Below are positions 8,099-16,916 of a stretch of DNA of 24,581 nucleotides, one piece after another. Location: NCBI GenBank assembly GCA_050011875.1, contig JBEKIG010000022.1, forward strand, positions 1 through 24,581, given 5' to 3'. The stretch's first letter is position 1, and each line of letters starts with the position of its first letter. Under the pieces are notes generated by a model that had not been told where the DNA came from, did no database searches, and worked only from the letters and a program-made list of their open reading frames with translations. Both the position numbers and the translations under genes were made by a program. Origin of the DNA: Nitrososphaeria archaeon (GTDB lineage: Archaea; Thermoproteota; Nitrososphaeria; JACIWG01).

Positions 8099-9243
8099 CT
8101 CATTTCTTGTCGAGTAGGCATAGAAGGGCTCAGGCCAGGATAATAGAAGCGTTGCTGGCGGTTTTTATAATGACAGTCGCTATCCTTACAGCCACCTTCT
8201 ACAGCACGACAACATCTCAGGTTTCAGGAGAGAATCTTCAGCAGACAGCGAATAATCTCATCTACGCTCTTGATAACACTGAAGCCTTACAGGGCATCCT
8301 CAGTGCAGCGGGAAACTGGCAGGCGCAGCTTCAGCAACTCATACAGAGCCTTCTTCCAGCAGGAACATACTTTAACGCCAACGTTCTCCTGTCGAATGGG
8401 ACCATCCTTAACACGTCTCCGATAGGCAACATGGGGGGACTACAATTCGGTGTAACCACAAACGTCACATATGTGATCTCGATTTCACTCCCCAGCCCCT
8501 ACGCTAAACTGTCAATGCTTCCTACGAAGTTTAATGTCGTGCTCGTCAACGATATTTCAGGCAGTATGAAGTGGGTGGAACCAAATATCACGGAAACCCC
8601 TCCTGCTTCATGCAGCTATGATGGACGATGGATCTGTCCTTTGTACCCTGGACAGAATAGTAAGGAACAGGACGCCCGACTTGCGGCTAAGGGGTTTGTT
8701 AACGACTTAAATGTTAGCACAAATGGTGATCACATCGGAATTGTTGCGTTCGGTGACAGCGGCTATATCCGATCTCATCTTACTGGGAACAAGGCAACAG
8801 TCCTGAATACGATTTCCAACTTGACCGCTCAAGCTGAAGGTACTTACTTGTCAGATGGATTAGCTAAAGCGATCCAGGTCTATAATCATAATCCCGTTCG
8901 GCCAGAGAATCAGAGCCAGTGGGTGATGGTCCTTCTGACAGACGGTTATCCGACATATCCTGGTGATGGCAGTTCATATTCAGTGAGAGGTGCAAATGAT
9001 GCGTTGGGAAATGCTACGATACTCCACAATATGAACGTGACTATGTTCACGATCGGTTTGGGTGTTGAAATCGATCCAGGACTTCTCACCGCTATCGCAG
9101 GCAGTCCTTCCAACTATTTTTATGCGCCCACATCTGCGGACCTTCAAGGAATTTATCAGACGATCGCTAATAGATTGTCTATAGGCGTTGGACTCACATC
9201 TGAGACGGTCATTCTACAGATAACGCTAGCAACGAGTGGGTAG
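8095..9243 (+). CDS. Pilin-like protein carrying a von Willebrand factor A (vWA) domain
   Basis: Start ATG at 8095 overlaps the upstream TGA (ATGA). Signal RHRRA|QARIIEALLAVFIM. Complete MIDAS: DISGS, GTYLSDGL, LLTDG. Confidence 0.9.
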   Translation: MTHFLSSRHRRAQARIIEALLAVFIMTVAILTATFYSTTTSQVSGENLQQTANNLIYALDNTEALQGILSAAGNWQAQLQQLIQSLLPAGTYFNANVLLSNGTILNTSPIGNMGGLQFGVTTNVTYVISISLPSPYAKLSMLPTKFNVVLVNDISGSMKWVEPNITETPPASCSYDGRWICPLYPGQNSKEQDARLAAKGFVNDLNVSTNGDHIGIVAFGDSGYIRSHLTGNKATVLNTISNLTAQAEGTYLSDGLAKAIQVYNHNPVRPENQSQWVMVLLTDGYPTYPGDGSSYSVRGANDALGNATILHNMNVTMFTIGLGVEIDPGLLTAIAGSPSNYFYAPTSADLQGIYQTIANRLSIGVGLTSETVILQITLATSG

Positions 9244-9245
9244 TT

Positions 9246-12200
9246 ATGAAGGGCAGAAAGGCTAGAAAGGGGCAGTTTCTCATTCTGACCGCTGTGGTGC
9301 TAGTATTGGCCCTAATACTAATCTCCACCATCTTGAATACAGCTATACTATCTAGAACAGAGTATCTGGAGCCAAGCTTTAGGGAGGTAACTCAGAAGAT
9401 CAGTACAGATTTTCCGGATGCTCTGGGTGGAGCTCTCTCAAACGCTACAATGACCTATAAGGCTACAGGAAATATGACAGAGGCGCTATTGAATGCTGAA
9501 ATCTCTCTGGCAAACTGGAGGGAGAATATCTTGAATGAATACGTGGGCTTCGGTGTCAGATTGAGTGTTTCCGATCCTGTCATCGAGCTTAACTGGGACA
9601 CTCCTGATGAAGGAAACTCTTCTATTACCGCTAATGTTGGACTAAACCTGACCACCCTAGGATTTTCGGGTTGGAACGATACAGAGACAGTTGAAGCCTC
9701 CGCCCAAGTTCAAAGGTCACCTGATTCTGTCATAGTTACACCCAACGAACTCACATTCAACATGACCTTTGTTAAAGAGGATGGTAGTCCTGTAACAAGT
9801 TTGACAAACGAAACGCTTGAAATCAACGCCCACTATGTAGGTGCCCAGCAAGTCTACCAGACCCTCAACATGTCGACTGCTACGTTCAGATACCTCGGTA
9901 ACGGTCTATATAACATAACTGCTGGAATTGATAACACGATAGATGCTTTCCAACTAGCTGCATACGATGACCGTGGTGTATTGGTCTGCCTGACGTCGAG
10001 CTTGGCTGTTCCAGTTAACGAAGCTATCGTAAAGTCCATCAAACTTACCACAGGTCCTAGTAGCACAAAGGCGGATGTGACAGTTGTTTCATCCCTCAAT
10101 AAGCCCATTCAAGGTGCCACTGTATATGGGCATTGGGCGGGCCCAAATGTCACCAGCACAGATCAAGTGCCAGAAATAATGCAAACCAACGCCAATGGCA
10201 TAGCAGAGTTCACAGCTTCAACTTCTTCTTTATTCAAACAGAATGTGACAAAAGGTGTCACAGAAAATTCCAATGTGGGTGTAATCAGTTTTAATATAGA
10301 TGATGTTTTGTTTGTACCTGTAATAGGAGTAATAGGTCCTGCTACTGCCAATAATATCAATGGGTGGACGGGAGTGAACAATGCCAAGATTGATAATGAA
10401 CAACCAATAGTTCTTTGTGCATCTGCCTCTACGAGTGGATCGCAAGCAACATTCAGCGGTTACAATTTTAACATGATACCATCTAATATGACGATCACGA
10501 ATGTATGGCTTAGACTTGATTCTTGGACTCCAGGGACTCTAGATAACAACTATATTTCAGTTGCAATCAGCAACGATAGTGGTACTAAGTTTCCATGGTC
10601 TGTGAATGTGTATCCACCCACCTACCCTGCGACTCCAGAGCCAACGCCGTTAGGAAACTACCCGCTCTGGATTAAGCTGAATAGCACTTCACCATTGGGT
10701 TGGAATGTCACACAACTTCAGAACACTAATTTTTACTTTAAGCTCACTAAGATTACAGTCGGCTCCTCCGCTACTGTATACTTGGACTTCATTCCAATCG
10801 TTGTACTGTATCAGCCGAATTATGTATATGAGCCTCTGAGAAGCGTAACACAAGCTACGGCGGTCAAGAGGGGCGCTTCACTTTTTGTCGGCACATGGTC
10901 GAATGCAGCAAATGCATTACAAAACAATACCAATTCCTATGCATATGCAACCACAGCCAGTTCCACATTGATACTGCGCCCTAATGCCGCTGGGACATAT
11001 CAGCAGTGGGCCACCTTCGGCAGCGGAAGTAGCCATTTCGGTAGTACCTCAGACCAGAGCGACCTTACTGGTGTCCAAATAACAGGTAACACATCGGCTA
11101 AAGAGACTGAAAATCTTCAGAATTCAACTCAGACGGCAACGATAAATAACGTCACTATATATATGAGAGCGAAGGAGTCTGGAACAACATTAGTATATAA
11201 TAATGTAACTTTTGATGCTGCATCTTCTGCAACGACATCTGCTATTGCATTCAGTACAGGAACTACAGACTATGGAACTGGTACTGGAGAAACAGCTTCT
11301 GCAATCACTATTAATGCAGGTGATTTTGTCCTTGCAGACGTCGCTATCGTTGGTACTTCTGTAACTGTTTCTAGTATTACTCTTGGCTATGGGAACTCTA
11401 TGAGTAGTCTAACTAGTAATACTGGTGACGGAATAGGAAATTATCTTTATTACTATGTTGCTACAACTAGTTTGGGCAGTGTAACTCCAAGACTCAGATT
11501 ATCATCACTTGGTGCTTATCATGCTTGGACTGTAGTAGATTACACTGGAGTATCAACATCTTCACCATACTGGGCAAATACTGGCACGAGTGGCGGTACC
11601 TCAATAAGTTCTGGAAGTACAGAATCTGCAGCTACTATGGCTGCAAAAAGCACAGGAAGATTAGTAGTATCTGCTTTTACTGGTATTAGTGCATCTAATT
11701 CAGCTACAGCTATTACTATTGCTGCTGCAAATAGTGAAAATCAAAGAGAAGTAGTAAAACAAAGTGGAAGTAGTTCTAATCAAGCTGTAAGTGCAGAACT
11801 TGAAGATTATGCTTCTGATGCTAGCAGAATCAATAAAGCAACGTATACTGATTCAGGAGTTACTATGGATTACAATACGATAACTGTGACACTTTTACCA
11901 GCTAGGTCAATGTCTTGGACTCATACAGTTGGAACGGGTAGTAACCGTCTACTTCTTGTAAGTATTGGAACATACAACATCTCGGGGACACCTGCAACCG
12001 TCTCAAGCATTAAGTATGGTGGGGTAGCGTTAACCCTAGTTGCGAGCGACGTCTACTCAACAAACCCGCAGGTTGGAAGTTATCTATATAGTTTAACAAA
12101 TCCCGCATCTGGCTCCAATACTATCAATGTAACATTCTCAGCTTCGACACTTGCGGTCGGCGGTTCAGTATCATATTTTAATGTTAACCAAACCAACCCA

Positions 12201-13421
12201 ATACAATCAACCGGAATAAACCAAAATTCTGGAACAACCCAATCGGTGACTGTAACTCCAACAGGCACATACAGCAAGATTTTCTATGCCAGCATGATGT
12301 CCTACCAAACAGCGTCTTATACGGTAACAGGCTCTGGACAAACCAATAGATGGACACAAACCAGTTCCAACCTTAAAGGTCGTGAGAGTGAAAAAAATGT
12401 CACGGGCGGAACTTCACAAACGATGTCGTGGACAACCAGCAGTACTGTAAGCTGGGTGGCAATCGGCGCAATTATTGTGCCAACAAATACGAACCCTGTG
12501 GAACAAGCGGTTATTCTTTGGCGAACTCATAGCACGAATTATCAAAGCTCTGCCTTTACTATTTCAAGAACAGCCTTTACGAATTATTCCAAGACACTGA
12601 CAATAAACAATAATACAGGACAACCTTGGACGTGGGCTGAAGTAAACGCTTTAGAGATAGGCGCAATGGCGACACAACTTGGAGCAACGGAAACTATTCA
12701 AGTCAGCGAATTCTGGATCGTAGTTAATTACATGAGTGCCCCGACAGAAAGATATTACGGATTCGGCTTTAACATTCCATCAGAATCGATCATAGACTAT
12801 GTTGATATTCAGTCAGACCTCTGGCTTCAGTCCAGTGGAAATGACTATGTCAATATGTCAATAAGCAGAAATTCAGGAGTTAGCTGGCTGCCAGCCCAAC
12901 CATTTCAAGTAAACCCTCTCACAATAAATGAAAAAACATATCACACAAATGCCACAGGATGGTACAAATGGACGCCTGCTGACCTGAACGGCAACGGAAT
13001 CCAAGTGAATATCACAAAAGTGACCGTCGGCGCAAGTGAACAGGTGAACCTCGACTACCTCGCGTTGTATGTTGTATACCACAACATGCCAACCCTTTCA
13101 CCGCCTTTCATGCACGTGGACAATATTACACTCTCGCAGCAGGGAACCTCTCCGAAAAAGCTCCAAGCAAGTGTTAAGATAGTCGATGCAAGACTTGATC
13201 CTGTGTTAAATGCAAAAGTATACGTAACTATAACTGATACAAACGGTTCTAGTTGGGTACGTAATGCGAACACGGCTTCAAATGGTATAGTAACCTTTTC
13301 TCTTCCAGGAATACAGTCAGGCCACTCGTACACCCTTACAGTGACCAATGTCATAATGACAGACTGGGTCTACGACATCCAGATAAACTATGTATCTTCG
13401 GAATCGTATAAGGTAACGTAA
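9246..13421 (+). CDS. Giant pilin-anchored multidomain adhesin (1391 aa)
   Basis: Class III signal KARKG|QFLILTAVVLVLALILIS; Ser/Thr/Asn-rich beta domains; internal repeats; no C-terminal membrane anchor. Confidence 0.88.
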   Translation: MKGRKARKGQFLILTAVVLVLALILISTILNTAILSRTEYLEPSFREVTQKISTDFPDALGGALSNATMTYKATGNMTEALLNAEISLANWRENILNEYVGFGVRLSVSDPVIELNWDTPDEGNSSITANVGLNLTTLGFSGWNDTETVEASAQVQRSPDSVIVTPNELTFNMTFVKEDGSPVTSLTNETLEINAHYVGAQQVYQTLNMSTATFRYLGNGLYNITAGIDNTIDAFQLAAYDDRGVLVCLTSSLAVPVNEAIVKSIKLTTGPSSTKADVTVVSSLNKPIQGATVYGHWAGPNVTSTDQVPEIMQTNANGIAEFTASTSSLFKQNVTKGVTENSNVGVISFNIDDVLFVPVIGVIGPATANNINGWTGVNNAKIDNEQPIVLCASASTSGSQATFSGYNFNMIPSNMTITNVWLRLDSWTPGTLDNNYISVAISNDSGTKFPWSVNVYPPTYPATPEPTPLGNYPLWIKLNSTSPLGWNVTQLQNTNFYFKLTKITVGSSATVYLDFIPIVVLYQPNYVYEPLRSVTQATAVKRGASLFVGTWSNAANALQNNTNSYAYATTASSTLILRPNAAGTYQQWATFGSGSSHFGSTSDQSDLTGVQITGNTSAKETENLQNSTQTATINNVTIYMRAKESGTTLVYNNVTFDAASSATTSAIAFSTGTTDYGTGTGETASAITINAGDFVLADVAIVGTSVTVSSITLGYGNSMSSLTSNTGDGIGNYLYYYVATTSLGSVTPRLRLSSLGAYHAWTVVDYTGVSTSSPYWANTGTSGGTSISSGSTESAATMAAKSTGRLVVSAFTGISASNSATAITIAAANSENQREVVKQSGSSSNQAVSAELEDYASDASRINKATYTDSGVTMDYNTITVTLLPARSMSWTHTVGTGSNRLLLVSIGTYNISGTPATVSSIKYGGVALTLVASDVYSTNPQVGSYLYSLTNPASGSNTINVTFSASTLAVGGSVSYFNVNQTNPIQSTGINQNSGTTQSVTVTPTGTYSKIFYASMMSYQTASYTVTGSGQTNRWTQTSSNLKGRESEKNVTGGTSQTMSWTTSSTVSWVAIGAIIVPTNTNPVEQAVILWRTHSTNYQSSAFTISRTAFTNYSKTLTINNNTGQPWTWAEVNALEIGAMATQLGATETIQVSEFWIVVNYMSAPTERYYGFGFNIPSESIIDYVDIQSDLWLQSSGNDYVNMSISRNSGVSWLPAQPFQVNPLTINEKTYHTNATGWYKWTPADLNGNGIQVNITKVTVGASEQVNLDYLALYVVYHNMPTLSPPFMHVDNITLSQQGTSPKKLQASVKIVDARLDPVLNAKVYVTITDTNGSSWVRNANTASNGIVTFSLPGIQSGHSYTLTVTNVIMTDWVYDIQINYVSSESYKVT

Positions 13422-13684
13422 TGTGTGTCAAGGGGCTTTTGCTGTAGAAGTGTTAACATCGTAGCCTTGTAATCCTTTCGCTTGATGTTCCAAAAGGTCT
13501 AACTGACTGTTGTTTGAGGTTCAAACTCGGTAAATAACTTTGTAATCCTTCCCATAGAACTTTTGCCTCGAGATCTTATATAACTTCATGTTTACAAAGT
13601 AAAGTCTAAGTAAGCCTAACTTTTTATCCTGAACCTTAAAGAAAAGTTTTTAATAGCTCATTCTACATTAATATGAGGTAGTAG

Positions 13685-14383
13685 ATGAACAAGAAGCACG
13701 GTGTTTTATGTCTAGCTTTATTCTTAATGCTTCCCTTGATGAATTTTGCAATGGTACAATCTTTGAACGGAACAAGTTATCCGAGCAAAATGAATGAGAC
13801 AACGTCTTTAAGCGCCTTCTCTTCCTACATCAATTCTTCCTACATCGATATTTTAAGTGAACAGTCTTCTGTTTCAATGCCCGTCAACACATCAATATCA
13901 AACAATACATCTTTGTATTCGATAAACGTTTTTTCTAACATAAACGCATTAATAAATATTTCACCGAGCGCTCCAAACAACGTGTACAGAGAGAATACTA
14001 CGGTCACGCTAACTGCACCATCTAGTGTACCCCTTGACGGCTTCTTAGGCGCTCTTGGCGCAAAGTACGATTTCAAAGATTGGTCCTGCTCTTGCGGATC
14101 GACCTATACCTCAAATCCGTTAACTTTCACTATAATGTCAGGAGACATGCAGAACCTCGTATTTAATGCGAACTACGTGCCTGACTACACCATTGTCTAC
14201 GTCATCGTAGTCACAATTGTCATCGTTGTTATAATATTAGCCCTTCTACTGTTAAAAGAAGCAAAGTTAGAAAATAAAAAGGGGCACAAAGCAGAAACAG
14301 CCAAAATAATGGATAAAAGTGAAAACGTTAAGGATTTTCCTGCAGAAGAAAAGAAGGATGACAGTGTAAAAGAAGGTAAGTAG
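13685..14383 (+). CDS. Short membrane-anchored surface protein (InlB B-repeat-like domain); short paralog of 16917-19634
   Basis: Signal peptide, VTLTAP...GFLGALGAKYDFKDW, C-terminal TM helix and charged tail EEKKDD, all shared with the 905-aa protein. Confidence 0.8.
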   Translation: MNKKHGVLCLALFLMLPLMNFAMVQSLNGTSYPSKMNETTSLSAFSSYINSSYIDILSEQSSVSMPVNTSISNNTSLYSINVFSNINALINISPSAPNNVYRENTTVTLTAPSSVPLDGFLGALGAKYDFKDWSCSCGSTYTSNPLTFTIMSGDMQNLVFNANYVPDYTIVYVIVVTIVIVVIILALLLLKEAKLENKKGHKAETAKIMDKSENVKDFPAEEKKDDSVKEGK

Positions 14384-14451
14384 CGACTTCCATTTTCATT
14401 TCTTCTTCTTTATCGTATAGTTATTTGCATTTCGAGTGACATATGTGTTTG

Positions 14452-14881
14452 TTATTTACAGCTATAACAAGACAGATTATCATTTGAATGAGCTTTTAAA
14501 ATTCCAAAATAATAGATGCTCTTGAATGCGTTAACAGTACCATATATAAGTGCACCGTTTATCAGTGTGCCATTACAATGGAGGTGTGTCACAGTGCCAT
14601 TTACACTAAGAAGGAATGTCCCAACATTACTAACGAAGTCAGGACCACCACTTCTTGGATTATATCTTATATGCCTGAGCTCCTGGTTTCATTTCGACAT
14701 CTTCAACAATTTCGGCGAGGTTATATGTTGAATCTTAAGCCTGCGAGAATTCTGATTGGTCCGCTTGCATCTGGAATATGCTATTTGCATAGGTTAGCAC
14801 ACCAACCAGTATCATGATTAAAGCAGAAAATATGATCACGGTTGAAACAACTAGGCTTATCCCATGTCTTTTTCTATGCAT
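14452..14881 (-). pseudogene. Frameshifted and truncated minor pilin, paralog of 5926-6759
   Basis: Reads MHRKRHG|ISLVVSTVIIFSALIMILVGA, shift, YANSIFQMQADQSEFSQA*DSTYNLAEIVEDVEMKPGAQAY, shift, RYNPRSGGPDF. This aligns with GISEVVST...YATYVIGIQNASNEFSQ...TPDSSAFIQYNFRTSGPSF. Similarity fades near 14520. Confidence 0.85.
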
Positions 14882-14903
14882 TCAAATTATACTTAAACCT
14901 TAT

Positions 14904-16745
14904 CTAGTGTAAACCGATCATTTGGAATAATCTCATGATTATTGAGGATGCAGGGGCTATTTGGAATGACCCCATGAGTATTGGCGCGATATACAGCGTC
15001 AGAAGTGCGATTGAGGCAAGTACGAATGAATGAAGAAAACCTGCGCTAACCCTCTCGCCAGAAACCTTTCCCGCAATCAGGCCCATAAATACGGTGTTGA
15101 ATATTATAGGTGGAACAAAAAGTCTTACAAAGTCAGAGAAATTGAAACTTTCTGAATACATTGTGAAGACACTCCTCGCAAAAAAGATTATCGTTATCGT
15201 ACACACCAACAAAATTACCCCTCCAAGATATGGCAGCAGCAGTAGGGGCTTGATATTTTGCTTCTTTTCCCTTTCAATGGCGTTTATTGACTCGCTAAAG
15301 GAAGCGAGGCTTTCGAGTGTTTCCGGAGTACCTCCTCCAACATCAATCGAATCGATTAGAAGGAACATTGACATCATGTTTAACCAACCATGTAGCTGTT
15401 CCCTTAGATTGCTCATTACCTTTCTAAAAGATATTCCCCAGTTGATTTGATTCGACATAACCTTCAGAATCTTTGAGAAACTTCCATAATTTCTCGATGA
15501 CAGGTAGAACATACATTTTTCAGGGCTAATCCCAGTCTTACGAATTTCGACCAAATCTCTAAGAAAATTGGTGATACCTGATCCAGCTGCCCTGGTCTGT
15601 CTTGAGTAATACGTATCAGCGATCATCCCTGGAAGGAAAAGCACCATTAAGGTGATACATATTCCTACGCCCCCTTCGAATCCAGCATCTAACCCTAAGG
15701 CCTTATTAATGCCAACAATTAGGTCGTTGAAGATCTTTAATGGACCGAGAGGTACGTCTGCAAAGAATGCAATCACCATTGGATAAGCGAGTAAGAGTGT
15801 AAAAGGAATTGTAGCGCCGAACCACTTGTACGCTCTGTAATCTGAAACCGGGTATTTTGGCGCAGAAACATCAATAAGGTATAAAAATACTATAGAAACA
15901 ACTGGTAACATTATGTAGGCGAACATAACGAAACTTCCTGCGGAAAAAAGTGTTGCAGAACCGATCGGCATAATTTTGGTGACGATATACATGACGTATA
16001 AAGTTAAAGCGAGAAGTATTGCAACGGTGATGTACGTCTCCATGAGAAGCGCCATACGCTCCCCAATCACCTTCATCTTTGCCTTCCTGTTCTCAAACAT
16101 CATTTCAGTTCTTCGAAGAAGATAGTGCTCAGTATCCCCACCAACCCTCAGAGTTGAAGCATAACCTAATACAAATTCCTTATAATCGTTGCTCGGCACG
16201 TGTTTGGCGCTTTCTTCTAACGCGGTAACGGGATCAATTCCTCGAGCTCGAGTATCTATGTAAACAATTTTTGCTGCCATGCTCAGCTGGGGAAGGAAAT
16301 CGACATCCTTGAGTTTTTCGAAGGCCTTAAATGGGGAAATGCCACCTGATGCCAGAACACTAACGTAGGCTGCTGCGAATGGAACTTCAGTGTCTAGGTT
16401 TGAAGCACGATCCGTTGCTGCAAACCTCGGATAAAACAGAAAGATAACTAAAATGATGAATGGAACCGCGATCAAAGATAGCAAAAGGGGGCTTATCAGA
16501 AAAAAGCCCACGACAGCGGTAACGGTAAAGATTGGCAGAGAAATAAAAAATGTCAATCCAGACATAGCTAAATATGTTTCAGGATGTATACGCACGTTTG
16601 CGGACTCCAAAGTTTTAGCGATGCCTTGAAAGTATGGAAACATTCCCCTTCCAAACCATCCAAAATAGGTGTACGACAGCCCGGCAAAGGTTAAGCCAAC
16701 CTTCTCTTTCTTCACCGTACTAACCTTCCCTTTCTTCATCGTCAT
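14904..16745 (-). CDS. tadC: Type IV pilus membrane platform protein (TadC/ArlJ-like, two T2SS-F domains)
   Basis: EVPFAAAYVSVLASGGISP, GIDPVTALEESAKHVPS, FLRDLVEIRKTGISP...YGSFSK and FMGLIAGKVS; multiple TM helices. The start may be 16739. Confidence 0.93.
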   Translation of the reverse strand: MTMKKGKVSTVKKEKVGLTFAGLSYTYFGWFGRGMFPYFQGIAKTLESANVRIHPETYLAMSGLTFFISLPIFTVTAVVGFFLISPLLLSLIAVPFIILVIFLFYPRFAATDRASNLDTEVPFAAAYVSVLASGGISPFKAFEKLKDVDFLPQLSMAAKIVYIDTRARGIDPVTALEESAKHVPSNDYKEFVLGYASTLRVGGDTEHYLLRRTEMMFENRKAKMKVIGERMALLMETYITVAILLALTLYVMYIVTKIMPIGSATLFSAGSFVMFAYIMLPVVSIVFLYLIDVSAPKYPVSDYRAYKWFGATIPFTLLLAYPMVIAFFADVPLGPLKIFNDLIVGINKALGLDAGFEGGVGICITLMVLFLPGMIADTYYSRQTRAAGSGITNFLRDLVEIRKTGISPEKCMFYLSSRNYGSFSKILKVMSNQINWGISFRKVMSNLREQLHGWLNMMSMFLLIDSIDVGGGTPETLESLASFSESINAIEREKKQNIKPLLLLPYLGGVILLVCTITIIFFARSVFTMYSESFNFSDFVRLFVPPIIFNTVFMGLIAGKVSGERVSAGFLHSFVLASIALLTLYIAPILMGSFQIAPASSIIMRLFQMIGLH

Positions 16746-16916
16746 TTAATATGAACCATATTAATTTAAACTTAACGTTGAAATCTGATTATTTTTCTAT
16801 CAGAATATATAAAAATGCCCTACTTTAATCTTGAACCTCCTTAATTTTAATGACGGTCAAACTTTCTTCCAAAAACTTTAAAAACAAAGATGTGAAAAAT
16901 AATATGTGGGCCAGAT

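Noticed and set aside
11180-12505. TGGAACAA at both ends of nested domain D as a target-site duplication
   Set aside because: The two copies are in different reading frames, so precise excision would break the ORF; probably chance.
10968-12743. Nested inserts as inteins or introns
   Set aside because: No C/S...HN splice motifs or endonuclease signature, and the inserts look like extracellular beta domains.
9455-15450. Short ORFs antisense to or overlapping the adhesin, the 232-aa gene, the pilin pseudogene and tadC (including 14516-14731 and 14578-14817)
   Set aside because: Shadows of better-supported genes on the opposite strand.
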